DNA of 64,000 nt from Aigarchaeota archaeon (GCA_025059205.1 JANXDS010000001.1:361582-425581); one strand, 5' to 3'. Positions 38,636 to 48,751 are shown, numbered from the stretch's first letter. The notes: generated by a model from the letters alone, not told the origin. Made by a program: numbers and translations.

Positions 38636-39537
38636 ACTGGAGGCTTTTGCTGGAGTGGCAGACACCAACCTCAGCCGTACTCCACCTGATCAAGCGCATC
38701 ATATACAGCGGCAGGACGAAGTACCAGGAGGTCGATATCGTGGATACCTACGACTTCGGTCTATGCCTAGTGCTCGACGGTAAGTTACAGTCATCAAGTG
38801 CAGATGAGAAGATTTACCACGAATCTCTGGTCCATCCTGCAATGCTTACGCATCCAAAACCTTCACGGGTCTTAATAATAGGTGGCGGAGAAGGAGCAAC
38901 ACTCAGGGAGGTCCTAAAGCATAGGACTATCGAGAAGGCTGTAATGGTCGATATAGACGAAGAAGTTATCCAGCTGTGTAAGAGGTATCTGCCCGAATTT
39001 CACATGAACTCTTTTGACGACCCTAGGGCAGAGATCGTGATCGAAGACGGAAGGAAGTACGTCGAGCGACTTCCGGATGGCTCATTTGACGTTGCGATTC
39101 TCGACGTAACGGACCCACTTGAAGGTGGCCCTTCTTATCTTCTGTACACGATAGAATTTTACCGGATGTTGGCGAGAAAGTTGAGCGACTACGGTGTGTT
39201 CGCTACCCAGGCCACGTCCACCTACCACAGCAGGAATTGCTTCACGGCCATCTACAAGACTGTAGCGAGCGTTTTTCCGGTTGCTAGGGCATATCGTGCC
39301 TTCGTACCGTCGTATGCGTCCGAGTGGGGTTTCGTCTTAGGCTCAAAGGCAGCCGACCCGCTCAGTCTTACCCCTGAAGAGATTGGACGCAGGTTGAAAG
39401 AAAGGGGCGCCGTTCATCTTGAATTTTATTCGCCAGACATTCATCATGGACTTTTTACGTTGCCGCCTTATCTAGCTCGGGCTCTTGAGACCGCTAGGCC
39501 GATAACGGATTCTAGCCCTGTTTTTATGCCGGCTTGA
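38614..39537 (+). CDS. speE: Polyamine aminopropyltransferase (spermidine synthase family)
   Basis: LDGKLQS, YHESLVHP, GGGEGATLRE, LDVTDP. Confidence 0.93.
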   Translation: MGEVGGVNWRLLLEWQTPTSAVLHLIKRIIYSGRTKYQEVDIVDTYDFGLCLVLDGKLQSSSADEKIYHESLVHPAMLTHPKPSRVLIIGGGEGATLREVLKHRTIEKAVMVDIDEEVIQLCKRYLPEFHMNSFDDPRAEIVIEDGRKYVERLPDGSFDVAILDVTDPLEGGPSYLLYTIEFYRMLARKLSDYGVFATQATSTYHSRNCFTAIYKTVASVFPVARAYRAFVPSYASEWGFVLGSKAADPLSLTPEEIGRRLKERGAVHLEFYSPDIHHGLFTLPPYLARALETARPITDSSPVFMPA

Positions 39538-39589
39538 TTCATCATAACTTCACAAACTCTTATATATTGGACGGAATATCCATCCATCT

Positions 39590-40261
39590 ATGCTAGGCGT
39601 GATAGCCCGTTTATCAGGTAGAATATGGAGCGAAAAGACCGTCGACGAGGTCCTATCAAGGAGGTTTAAGCTCTTCGTCTTGCTAGGGATATTCTTCACG
39701 GGTATTTTCTGGGTATACAGGACTGTGGCCGGAATAGAGTTTTTGCCCAATCTAGAATGGGTAATACCAACACTCGTGACCGTCGGCTCTTTCTCGCTTC
39801 CCTTGGGAGGAGGCACCTTCTGGAGGGCGCTTAATAGGTACTTTGGCGTCTTAGCGCTTGCCGGCGTGGTAGCCTTCGACCTAATCTTTTTTGGTCCTGA
39901 ACTTTGGCACGTATGGGTCTTCAAATGGTCCGGATTGACCTTCGCCTGGCTCCTTGGTATGAGAAACAGGCTTTCTATGTTTGATAGATACAAAAGGTTA
40001 CTCGGTAGTACCCTTCTCACGACGGCAATGGCCATATTGCTTTTCGATTTTTGGACGGGCGTTATAGGTTGTGGACTATGGATCGGGTCTCTTTGGTTAT
40101 CCTTCATCGGTCAGATACCCTTCACCCTATACCATCTTGCGTCTTTGATTTTTGTCCCACCGCTCGTGGCACTCGCCAAACTGCTAGTAAAGGTTAAGGT
40201 CCCAGTAGCCCTTGCAGCCCGCTCCAGACTAGGGGTAGCCTCGGGTGAAGTTTGGAGGTGA
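39590..40261 (+). CDS. Membrane protein resembling an ECF S component (cobalamin-type)
   Basis: PNLEWV motif after TM1, IPFTLYH near the C-terminus, about 6 TMs; coupled to a DUF4430 gene. Confidence 0.5.
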   Translation: MLGVIARLSGRIWSEKTVDEVLSRRFKLFVLLGIFFTGIFWVYRTVAGIEFLPNLEWVIPTLVTVGSFSLPLGGGTFWRALNRYFGVLALAGVVAFDLIFFGPELWHVWVFKWSGLTFAWLLGMRNRLSMFDRYKRLLGSTLLTTAMAILLFDFWTGVIGCGLWIGSLWLSFIGQIPFTLYHLASLIFVPPLVALAKLLVKVKVPVALAARSRLGVASGEVWR

Positions 40262-40755
40262 GTGCTTTGGTTAGAAAAGAATTCCAAGCGATCATAATCG
40301 CGTTTGTGGTTCTGAGCCTTGCACTGGTGTACGTGGGCTACCAAGTCTACGATCTACAGATACAGTTTACCGAACAGGTAAAGAAAACCGGCGTACTCGT
40401 CGAAACGTTGGTCACACGTATAGATGAACTCGAAGGACTAATACTCAAGGTCGAGGTTACTATAGATAGCGGTAACGCGACGAAAACGGAAGTTATCTGG
40501 TTGACAAAAGGAGCGACAGCCCTTGAAGCCCTGAGGAGAATAGCAGTCGTGGAAACAAGATACTTTGCCGGACTTGGCGAGTTCATAGAGTCTGTTGACG
40601 GACTAAGGAACAACCCAGAAATCGGCAAATACTGGATGTGGTACATCTGGAACGAAGAAAAAGCTAGATGGGAGTACGCAACGGTTGGCGCTGGCAGCTA
40701 TAAGCTAAGAGATGAAGACAAAATAATGTTTAGGTACGAAGTCCCGACCTGGTAA
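40252..40755 (+). CDS. Membrane-anchored DUF4430 (transcobalamin C-terminal-like) protein
   Basis: GATALEAL, FIESVDGL, YWMWY, GAGSYKLRDED..FRY. Confidence 0.8.
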   Translation: MEVSALVRKEFQAIIIAFVVLSLALVYVGYQVYDLQIQFTEQVKKTGVLVETLVTRIDELEGLILKVEVTIDSGNATKTEVIWLTKGATALEALRRIAVVETRYFAGLGEFIESVDGLRNNPEIGKYWMWYIWNEEKARWEYATVGAGSYKLRDEDKIMFRYEVPTW

Positions 40756-40818
40756 GCCCTAATCTAAAATATTTTTTAAGCAATAGCTTTAAATCTGAAA
40801 CGTAGAGTAGCTTTAGGT

Positions 40819-41919
40819 TTGACGGGGAATATCATAGGCGAAAGGTTCGTCGTCGTAAGCTTTGGCGAGAGTCACGGAAAGTGTGTTGGGACGGTAATCG
40901 ACGGCTGCCCAGCGGGTTTGGAGCTTTCAGAGGCCGACATCCAAGCCGAACTCGACTTAAGAAAGCCAGGAGTGTCCGGCATTACGTCAGCTAGAGCAGA
41001 AGAGGATAAGGTTGAGATACTCTCAGGTGTGTTCGATGGTAGGACGACGGGCTCGCCTATCTGCATGCTTGTATGGAATAAGGACGTCGATTCGGAGCCT
41101 TATAGGATGTTCGTGAATAGGCCCAGACCGGGACATGCGGACTACGTCGCCCATGTGAAGTATGGTGGTTTTGCAGACTGGCGAGGTAGCGGAAGGTTTT
41201 CCGGCCGAATTACTGCGGGTCTAGTCATGGCTGGCGCGGTCGCCAAGAAGTTGCTCTCGAAGACGCTGGGAGTTGAGATTATGGCATACACGTTGGAAAT
41301 AGGTGGTATTAGGGCTAAAGACTTCACGTTGGACGACATCAGGAGCAAAAGGTATCGTAACGAGGTTAGGTGTCCGGACGAGGTTGCCGCCAATGAAATG
41401 ATCAAGAGAATAAACGAGGTTAAGGGTATGGGCGATAGCCTCGGTGGCATAGTCGAGTGTCAGGTGCTTGGACTGCCGATAGGTCTGGGCGAGCCAATAT
41501 TTTCATCACTGGATTCCGATCTGAGCAAGGCACTCTTTGCGATACCGGCGGTTAAGGGTGTAGAGTTCGGTGTGGGTTTCGCTGCTGCCAGGTTGCTGGG
41601 TTCGCAGAATAACGACCCGTACACCGTCGTGGATGGAAAAGTCGTAACTGTTACGAATAATGCTGGCGGTATACTAGGCGGGATATCAACGGGCATGCCG
41701 TTGATCGTTAGGGTTGCTTTCAAACCTCCACCGTCGATAGCTAAGAGACAGACCACAGTGGACCTGAGCAGCATGAAAGAGGTCGATATCGAAATAAAAG
41801 GTAGACATGACCCGACGGTCGTTCCTAGGGCCGTACCCGTTGTGGAGGCTGTCGTCGCGATCGTGTTAGCAGACCATGCGATAAGGGCTGCGTTCATACC
41901 GCCTGTTTTGAGAGGTTAG
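40819..41919 (+). CDS. aroC: Chorismate synthase
   Basis: FGESHG, RPGHAD, AVKGVEFG, NNAGGILGGIS, KPPPSI, RHDP. Confidence 0.96.
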   Translation: MTGNIIGERFVVVSFGESHGKCVGTVIDGCPAGLELSEADIQAELDLRKPGVSGITSARAEEDKVEILSGVFDGRTTGSPICMLVWNKDVDSEPYRMFVNRPRPGHADYVAHVKYGGFADWRGSGRFSGRITAGLVMAGAVAKKLLSKTLGVEIMAYTLEIGGIRAKDFTLDDIRSKRYRNEVRCPDEVAANEMIKRINEVKGMGDSLGGIVECQVLGLPIGLGEPIFSSLDSDLSKALFAIPAVKGVEFGVGFAAARLLGSQNNDPYTVVDGKVVTVTNNAGGILGGISTGMPLIVRVAFKPPPSIAKRQTTVDLSSMKEVDIEIKGRHDPTVVPRAVPVVEAVVAIVLADHAIRAAFIPPVLRG

Positions 41920-41927
41920 CGAAAAGG

Positions 41928-42089
41928 ATGTGCAGAGATAAAGAGGATGTCAAGTGTCCGAGGTGCGGATACGAGCTGGTAATACCCCTTAAACCACAAG
42001 ACAGCAAAGTTGAGAGCGTATGGGATGTTTGGTGCCCGCGTTGCGGTCATTTGTGGGCTTTGAAGCAGCCTATCAGGGTTGAGGCTTAG
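41928..42089 (+). CDS. 53-aa CPxCG zinc-finger microprotein
   Basis: Manual translation: MCRDKEDVKCPRCGYEL...WDVWCPRCGHLWALKQPIRVEA. Confidence 0.75.
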   Translation: MCRDKEDVKCPRCGYELVIPLKPQDSKVESVWDVWCPRCGHLWALKQPIRVEA

Positions 42090-42131
42090 TATTAAAGAAT
42101 TAATCGTACTTCGCTTAATAATTCATGAGGT

Positions 42132-42410
42132 ATGCGAACCTCTCGAGAAGTAAATCCAAAAGCATTATTGAGCAAAATAAAGAACACTTCGAGAGGCATC
42201 AAGGTGCGAAGCGCGATAATAGAAATTTTGAAAGAACGTAGGGCTATGTCGACGGTACAAATCGCAAAAGAGGTTGGCCTAACACCATCGGCCGTAAGGA
42301 GACACCTCAAAAATATGAACGCGGAGGGCATCGTCAAAAATCTGAAAGGTAGGGGCAAGTCCCTCTGGACGCTTACAGGCCTGGGTCAGCAGGCTATAGA
42401 CGAGGTCTAA
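42132..42410 (+). CDS. Winged-HTH (ArsR-like) transcriptional regulator
   Basis: MSTVQIAKEVGLTPSAVRRHLKNM..EGIV. Confidence 0.8.
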   Translation: MRTSREVNPKALLSKIKNTSRGIKVRSAIIEILKERRAMSTVQIAKEVGLTPSAVRRHLKNMNAEGIVKNLKGRGKSLWTLTGLGQQAIDEV

Positions 42411-42580
42411 AACGGCCAGAGTCTAGCGACTACCAAAACCACAACGATCACCGCGACAGCAAAAACGATCACAACCTCGGGCCTGAGCTTAAAGCCTTTG
42501 GACTCCTCACCGAAGAATGCTAACAATCCTGCCATCGTGGCAGGCATCGGTGCTTCTCTACGTCTTTTCTTAGAACTCAC
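42407..42580 (-). CDS. secG: Preprotein translocase subunit Sec61beta
   Basis: Manual translation MSSKKRRREAPMPATMAGLLAFFGEESKGFKLRPEVVIVFAVAVIVVVLVVARLWPF. Confidence 0.88.
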   Translation of the reverse strand: MSSKKRRREAPMPATMAGLLAFFGEESKGFKLRPEVVIVFAVAVIVVVLVVARLWPF

Positions 42581-42615
42581 GCAAGATTATGTGCCTTAGT
42601 TGTATTTTAATTTTG

Positions 42616-43626
42616 CTAGGTCTTCTTTTCTTCGTAGTAGGATAAGGGTACGAGAGCCCCGACAGATTCGAGATTTGTAGCCGCGAAACCCCTCCTCTCT
42701 AGCTCTTTGGCAAGACGCTTGCTGTAACCATGCATCGTGTAGACTTTCTTAGGTGCACATGCCTCGACATGACTTACCAACCCTCTAAAATCGGCATGAC
42801 TGCTCAGCGGGAATGCGGCGTCGTAGTATTCGAACCTGTACCTAAGCGCCCAACCTGTCGCTATAGCCCATCTCATCCTTCTGCCGGTTGGAACGTTAGT
42901 CCTATAGTTGCTCACGTAAACACACTCGCCAGTCCTTAAGGCCTCCTTACCAGCGGTTGTGCTTTTACGAAGATAAGAAAGACCCAAACCAAACTTATTA
43001 TAAACCTCACACGCTCTAGCAACGGCATCATTCACGACCACGGGTATCCCTAGATATTTATTAACAAGCCTTATGATTTCCTGAGACTTTCCGACAAGGT
43101 ATGTCCTGAAAGCAGGAACACTCCCGCCTTTTAGACATCCACAAATCCACTTCACAATATTAGAATAGATCACTTCCCTATCAGGGAACACGAAGTTAGG
43201 GTCGCCGTATGTCGCTTCCAGAATCATGGTATCGACGTTTACAGGTTTGGCCGCTCTTGTAACGAGCGTATCATAGACGTTCACGTCTCCACTAAAAAGT
43301 ATCGCTTTACCATCGCATTCGATCACGTACTGGCATGAGCCCAGTATGTGGCCGGCGTTCACCGCGGCCAACCTTACAGACCTTACCTGCGTCGCTTTCT
43401 CGAATTCTAAGGTACGCGCGCTTTTCTTAAGGCGTCCTAAGGCCTTTAAGAGCTCATAGGTTTCAGGACTCATCAACGTGTTAGGTTCGTTCACCTTCGT
43501 AGTATGGTCCACGTGCGCATGGGTTATGCACCTCAAAGAGATGTCCGAGTAATCTCCGGCCGCGTCGAAGGCTAACATAGTGTCTTTGCATGCGATGAGC
43601 GCACCGCTTTCATAGGATGCTCTCAT
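42616..43626 (-). CDS. MBL-fold/beta-CASP-like nuclease
   Basis: THAHVDH, AGHILGS, SGD, EATYG, SSHADF. Confidence 0.85.
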   Translation of the reverse strand: MRASYESGALIACKDTMLAFDAAGDYSDISLRCITHAHVDHTTKVNEPNTLMSPETYELLKALGRLKKSARTLEFEKATQVRSVRLAAVNAGHILGSCQYVIECDGKAILFSGDVNVYDTLVTRAAKPVNVDTMILEATYGDPNFVFPDREVIYSNIVKWICGCLKGGSVPAFRTYLVGKSQEIIRLVNKYLGIPVVVNDAVARACEVYNKFGLGLSYLRKSTTAGKEALRTGECVYVSNYRTNVPTGRRMRWAIATGWALRYRFEYYDAAFPLSSHADFRGLVSHVEACAPKKVYTMHGYSKRLAKELERRGFAATNLESVGALVPLSYYEEKKT

Positions 43627-43785
43627 AACTACGGCTCAGCACCACTCTTTGAACAAACCTAGAGATGGTATAAAACCTTTAGTTCCGTTGTTTGGTCGCA
43701 TTATGACACCCGTCGGATAGAAAAAGATAGATTAATTTAACGTTTCGTTCTCGGAATAATTACTGAGTCAAGGGCGGGCACGGTC

Positions 43786-45552
43786 TTGACGAGTAACGGA
43801 ATCTCGGCTATGGCTTCAAGATACAGGCTGCTCTTCAGGATGCCAAGCTCAAAGGTCGTTATGAGTTTCATGGTGTCATTTTCATTACTGACGGCTTTAC
43901 TCATATCTCTACGCGTAGGAGTACCGAGTCTTGCAGCATATCTCTGCGTTTTGCTGATATCGTCGTCTTTGGGCATAAACGTGCTCTTTAAGAAAACTCT
44001 ACTAAAACATGAACCCATATTTTCGCTTAATAGAATCAACGCGCTATCGTTCGTCCAGATGGTGCTTTTATTCTCTGCTACGCTCATAGGATTTCTAATA
44101 TCGCTCATCACGAACGACAGCTGGCATATGATCGTACTGGTGTACGTTGGACTACACATATCAACTTTTCTGGGTTCTTCAACCCTCTTGTCGCTTAGGT
44201 TCAAACGTCTTTCACTGTTCTATGTTTTTTCACCGACGCTCATACAAGCTATAGGTATAGCGTTCATTCTAGGACTCAATCCCAGCATAGCGGCTTTACT
44301 CATCTTAGCGTCTTACGGTCTTGGTATCGCGTTCTCGATATTAACGTTGTTCATGATGGAGACGTTCGGGAAAATCTTAGGACAATCGCCTCTCAAGCTT
44401 CTTAGAGGGTTTGTCCTCAGCATGCTTGAAGGTGACGCATCTTACCTTGAAGGAATATTATACAAAATCGGTAAGGCGACCGATATAATCGTGGACACGA
44501 TAATCTTCAGGGACAAGAAGGAAAAAACTCACATACTCTCCGTCATTGTACCGCGCTTTCACCCTGGACCCGTAAGGTCGATAGGGGGTAGCATCACACC
44601 GTACATGATAGAGAGGGCGTTTGCCGCTTTCGGCTTGGAGGCGATAGTTCTCAAAGGATTAGCCGGACACGAAATGGACATAGCCTCACGTGAAGATGGT
44701 TTAAGGTTAGCTAAGCAAGTCCTTGACTCTTCGCTTAAAGCACTGAAAGAAGGCGATTTCAGCGGAATAGTCTTAAAACCAACGACGATAATCTCGGGTA
44801 AAGCATCGGCAAACGTGTTCGCTTTTAATGGTGTAAAGATTGCCATAGTAAGTCTACATCCTAACCCCATGGAGGATTTATTGCCCAACATAGTATCACA
44901 AGAATCTGATAAAATAGTGGTCGTTGACGCACATAACTCCTTCGCGGACAACGGTGATAGCCAATTTAACTCAGACGTTCACGACGTTGTAGATTTAATG
45001 AAAAAGGTAGAATCTCTTCCTTTAAATGAAACCTACAAGGATTTCTACGTAGGTTACGCAAGGACAGTTCCTAAAGAGTATGGTCTGAACGATGGCCTGG
45101 GCCCAGGCGGGATATCGTGTTGGATATTGGGGGTTGATGGTGAGGAATTTGTCTACATCGTCGTAGACGGCAACAATGCTCTACCGCAGGTGAGGTCTTT
45201 AGTGCAGAACGTGCTGCTCAAAGAAGGCGCATCAGGTAGCGAGTTGTTAACGACGGATACGCATCTAGTTTGTGCTATAAGCCTGGGTGGAAGAGGTTAT
45301 CATCCGGTTGGCGAAGTGCTGAAGCCAGAAACAGTCGCAGAGTACGCTAGTACCCTGTATAAGCAGGCAAAGGCTGCTATGAAGTTAGCCGAGGCAAATT
45401 TCCAAAGGTTGGTGGTGAAGGACGTCAGGGTCTTCTCGGAAAGCGTAATCAACTACATGGCGAAGAGCACGATAAGGTCCTTCAGGATTTTTGTCACCGG
45501 AATGCTTTCGAGTATTATAATTTCGATTTTGATGTTGCTGATGCTTATATAA
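43786..45552 (+). CDS. DUF2070 family membrane protein
   Basis: N-terminal TMs; HPGP, VDAHN, DGNN, TTDTH. Confidence 0.8.
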   Translation: MTSNGISAMASRYRLLFRMPSSKVVMSFMVSFSLLTALLISLRVGVPSLAAYLCVLLISSSLGINVLFKKTLLKHEPIFSLNRINALSFVQMVLLFSATLIGFLISLITNDSWHMIVLVYVGLHISTFLGSSTLLSLRFKRLSLFYVFSPTLIQAIGIAFILGLNPSIAALLILASYGLGIAFSILTLFMMETFGKILGQSPLKLLRGFVLSMLEGDASYLEGILYKIGKATDIIVDTIIFRDKKEKTHILSVIVPRFHPGPVRSIGGSITPYMIERAFAAFGLEAIVLKGLAGHEMDIASREDGLRLAKQVLDSSLKALKEGDFSGIVLKPTTIISGKASANVFAFNGVKIAIVSLHPNPMEDLLPNIVSQESDKIVVVDAHNSFADNGDSQFNSDVHDVVDLMKKVESLPLNETYKDFYVGYARTVPKEYGLNDGLGPGGISCWILGVDGEEFVYIVVDGNNALPQVRSLVQNVLLKEGASGSELLTTDTHLVCAISLGGRGYHPVGEVLKPETVAEYASTLYKQAKAAMKLAEANFQRLVVKDVRVFSESVINYMAKSTIRSFRIFVTGMLSSIIISILMLLMLI

Positions 45553-45612
45553 ATATAGTATGCGTTACGTTTTTATTCGATATTTTTGACAAATCTATCA
45601 AAAGGTGTGCCT

Positions 45613-45897
45613 ATGTCACAGACCATAAGGCCTAGCCTGATACTTGTTGGAAGCAAACCTGCGATAAGATATGTAACAGCCTGCATAACCCTCTTCAACA
45701 GAGGATCCGAGTTGGTTGTGCTAAGGGCCAGGGGTAAAAACATAAACAACTGTTTGGAAACGGTCAGGCTTTTACGTAACGGCTTTTTAAAGAACTTAAA
45801 GATTGTCGACGTAAGGATAGGAAGCGATGAGTATGAGACGCCCAATGGGCAAAAGAGGTTCGTGAGTTATATTGAAATTTTCCTAAATAAAGGTTAG
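45613..45897 (+). CDS. albA: DNA/RNA-binding protein Alba
   Basis: ILVGSKP..YV, LRARG, RNGFL, IGS, VSYIEI. Confidence 0.9.
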   Translation: MSQTIRPSLILVGSKPAIRYVTACITLFNRGSELVVLRARGKNINNCLETVRLLRNGFLKNLKIVDVRIGSDEYETPNGQKRFVSYIEIFLNKG

Positions 45898-45988
45898 GAA
45901 AAGGATTCCAATATTTCCGCACCGGCCTGCCCTAACGTTTAAATTTAGCCTTTGTTGAATGGTCTTGAGTACTCAAGAGTGATGACTT

Positions 45989-46267
45989 TTGAAGGTGCCC
46001 GCAACGATTCGTACATACTGCCCTAAGTGTAACACACATACGCAGCATACCGTATCTCTCTACAAAAAAGGCAAAGAGAGAAGTTTAGCAATAGGTGCTA
46101 GGAGGCATCAGAGAGAGCTAAAGGGATACGGTGGTCAAAAATACCCGATCCAACGTGAGAAGGCCAAGACAACCGAACGTAAAACTCTCATACTTAAATG
46201 CCAAGTCTGTGGCTTCCAAGTTTTTAGGGGCGGAATAAGGTTGAAGAAGTTGGAGATCGTGAGGTGA
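45989..46267 (+). CDS. rpl44e: 50S ribosomal protein L44e
   Basis: TYCPKCNTHT, GYGGQKYP, LKCQVCG. Confidence 0.96.
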   Translation: MKVPATIRTYCPKCNTHTQHTVSLYKKGKERSLAIGARRHQRELKGYGGQKYPIQREKAKTTERKTLILKCQVCGFQVFRGGIRLKKLEIVR

Positions 46268-46273
46268 TGGCAT

Positions 46274-46480
46274 TTGGTCGATGAGACCGACTGGAGTAAA
46301 CTCATCCCTAAACCCACGTCAAAGTTCTTATTAGTAAGTTGCGACGAGTGTAACAATAAACAGATAGTGTTCGAGCATGCGAAGACTGTCGTGAGATGTA
46401 AAGTTTGTAACTCAATTTTAGCGAAGCCGAGAGGTGGAAAGGCTCAGATAATCGGAAAGGTGCTCGATGTTTATGAGTGA
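46274..46480 (+). CDS. rps27e: 30S ribosomal protein S27e
   Basis: SKFLLVSCDECNNKQIVF, VRCKVC, PRGGKA. Confidence 0.96.
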   Translation: MVDETDWSKLIPKPTSKFLLVSCDECNNKQIVFEHAKTVVRCKVCNSILAKPRGGKAQIIGKVLDVYE

Positions 46481-47255
46481 AAAAAAGCTACCAGAAGTCG
46501 GCGAGATAGTTATCGGAACCGTGAAGAGTGTTGACAAGTTTGGTGCTTACATTTCGCTAGACGAGTACGAAAATGCTGATGCATTTATACATGTTTCTGA
46601 GATCTCACTAAGGTGGGTAAGGAACATCAGGGATTATCTTAGAGAGGGACAGAAAGCGGTATTCAAAGTGTTGCGTTCCGACCCGACAACGATGCAGGTT
46701 GACCTCTCTTTGAGGAGGGTTTCAAAAAGGGAGAAGGTGGAGAAATTAATTTGGTGGAAGAAGAAGCAAAAGGTCAAAAGAGTGATAAAACTTTTAGCAG
46801 AGAAGACTGGGCTTAATAGGGCAGAACTCGAGAAGGTTTTTCTTGAATCTACAAGGGGGAACGAGATAGAACTCTACGATGCATTTGAGAAGTTATCAAA
46901 GGACGAAGTAATCCCCGATTTTTTAAAAAACTTACCAGAGAATACCCTTAACGTCCTGAAAGAAATCGTAAAGCAGGAGATAAAGAGGAAGAGTGTCGTA
47001 AAGAAGGGCATCCTCACGTTATACTGCCGATCCGGGAATGGGGTTGTAGTCATTAGGGATGCTATCAAAGAGGCCATGTCGCTCGTAGGTAAGGACCAGA
47101 GCGTGAGCGTGACGGTCATAGGACCTCCCAGGTATCTTCTAAAGGTAGAGGCGGAAGACGAAGAAACGTCCGAGAGATTATTAGATCGAGTGGCAGAAAA
47201 ATGTATGGGGTATGTAATTAGCAAGGGAGGAAAGGGAGAGTTCAAGAAAAGTTGA
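46467..47255 (+). CDS. eif2a: Translation initiation factor aIF2 alpha subunit
   Basis: LPEVGEIV, S1 domain, HVSEISLRWVRNI, VDLSLRRV. Confidence 0.95.
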   Translation: MFMSEKKLPEVGEIVIGTVKSVDKFGAYISLDEYENADAFIHVSEISLRWVRNIRDYLREGQKAVFKVLRSDPTTMQVDLSLRRVSKREKVEKLIWWKKKQKVKRVIKLLAEKTGLNRAELEKVFLESTRGNEIELYDAFEKLSKDEVIPDFLKNLPENTLNVLKEIVKQEIKRKSVVKKGILTLYCRSGNGVVVIRDAIKEAMSLVGKDQSVSVTVIGPPRYLLKVEAEDEETSERLLDRVAEKCMGYVISKGGKGEFKKS

Positions 47256-47425
47256 CAAGAATATGGAAGTGTAAGGTATGCGGTAGGTACACACTTTCGA
47301 ACGAAAAGTGTCCACTATGCGGTGGACCCGTAAAAACTCCGCACCCGCCAAACATTAATCTTCAAGATAAGTATATTGATACTGTGGTGAAGTTGAGGAG
47401 AGGGGCGGAATGGAGACAAAGGTAG
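47252..47425 (+). CDS. nop10: H/ACA RNP protein Nop10
   Basis: Manual translation MTRIWKCKVCGRYTLSNEKCPLCGGPVKTPHPP...DKY; conserved position after aIF2alpha. Confidence 0.9.
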   Translation: MTRIWKCKVCGRYTLSNEKCPLCGGPVKTPHPPNINLQDKYIDTVVKLRRGAEWRQR

Positions 47426-48174
47426 TGCTTGAGAAGGGTGTGGATCTTAAGGGCGCATACGTGATAGAGATAGCGCCATCGCCTGGTGCTGCCGGTTTAA
47501 TAGCGGGCGCGTTCTTGATAGATGCCCTAAAGGCTGAGAAGGTTGGTGAAATTCTATCACCGCACTTCCCTCAGGTGAGCCTCGTAAATGAAGAAGGCAT
47601 AGCGTCACCGTCGCGTATAGACCTACACTTTTACTTCGATAAGAGAACAGACCTAAAGCTTTTGTTCGTTATTAGGAATTTTCCCGTAGAAAGCGGCGAC
47701 GGTAGTTATTTAGTGGCTAAAAAGCTCTACGAGTTTTTAAAAACAAAAGGTGTTGAAGCCCTTTATTGTCTAGGAAGTGGAAGGATAACCGGGAACGGTG
47801 AAGTTTTTATCTCAACAGCAAAGTTGGAGCATGCTAAAGATCTATTGAACGCCGGCGCCAAAATGGCACCTAGTCAAGACGTCCTTCCGATAGATAGGCT
47901 GACGTCTTTTCTTTTACTCTTCTTTGCGCGGGATGGAAAGAGAACGTGTTTGCTCTTATCGGACTCGCCGTCCTATATACCAGATCCCAGCGCCGCCAAA
48001 AAATTATTAGAGACACTCCTTAGGGCATTTAAAATGGAACTGGATTTGAGCAAACTGGATGAAGATATAAAAAGGTACCAGCAATTGCTTGAAGGCCTAG
48101 AAAAGAGCGTACTCGGCCAAACTGAACCAGCCCGCGAAGAGAGACCGACGAGAGAACCATTCTACATAGGATGA
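47410..48174 (+). CDS. PAC2 family proteasome-assembly-chaperone-like protein
   Basis: PGAAGLIAG, SPHFPQ, PDPSAAK; conserved position after nop10. Confidence 0.8.
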   Translation: METKVVLEKGVDLKGAYVIEIAPSPGAAGLIAGAFLIDALKAEKVGEILSPHFPQVSLVNEEGIASPSRIDLHFYFDKRTDLKLLFVIRNFPVESGDGSYLVAKKLYEFLKTKGVEALYCLGSGRITGNGEVFISTAKLEHAKDLLNAGAKMAPSQDVLPIDRLTSFLLLFFARDGKRTCLLLSDSPSYIPDPSAAKKLLETLLRAFKMELDLSKLDEDIKRYQQLLEGLEKSVLGQTEPAREERPTREPFYIG

Positions 48175-48185
48175 GTTCGTTACTT

Positions 48186-48386
48186 TTAACGTTCATTATC
48201 TTTAGACTTGAACTTGCCTAGTTCGTTCTTTAGAAGGTCTCTTACTGCCATACGCATCACGGCGCTCCTACTCGGATATAGGCCCTTTTTAACGAGTTCA
48301 TCCATGCCTTCTATCAGGGCTTCTGGCATCTTGACGGATATCAGCTTCATGCCTTTTTTCTCGTGCAGTTTAGTATCTTTTTCCAT
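48186..48386 (-). CDS. Ribbon-helix-helix (CopG) regulator
   Basis: ISVKMP..LIEGMDELV..G.YPSRSAVMRMAVRDLL. Confidence 0.88.
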   Translation of the reverse strand: MEKDTKLHEKKGMKLISVKMPEALIEGMDELVKKGLYPSRSAVMRMAVRDLLKNELGKFKSKDNER

Positions 48387-48541
48387 GACGTATTCCTCCA
48401 TTATCGATCAGCGTTGTTCGCGTCATCATTAATAACGCTTGGATATAAGCTTCATCAGACAATAACAACATGGTCAACGCCAAACTATCGATAGACATTT
48501 TAGAGATATATATTTTCCCTTTCATTTTTGTTTGAAAGAAC

Positions 48542-48751
48542 ATGGTCTACGGGCACGAGGATTTAGCAAAAATTATAAAAGCACATCTAATATCGTTAGG
48601 CGTTTATCCTTCAGATGAAGAAACTTTAAAACTTTCTCGCGATATAAACAACGTTCTTAAGATCTCCAGCATGTTCGATGAAATCTTATCCCATGAAGAA
48701 GAGCCAGCGATATTTTTCTTATTAAGAGTTGAGGACGATGAGAAAACGTGA
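48542..48751 (+). CDS. 69-aa protein overlapping the amidase start; possible GatC/AtzG-like small subunit
   Basis: Size, helical character and overlap with the amidase; no firm motif. Confidence 0.45.
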   Translation: MVYGHEDLAKIIKAHLISLGVYPSDEETLKLSRDINNVLKISSMFDEILSHEEEPAIFFLLRVEDDEKT

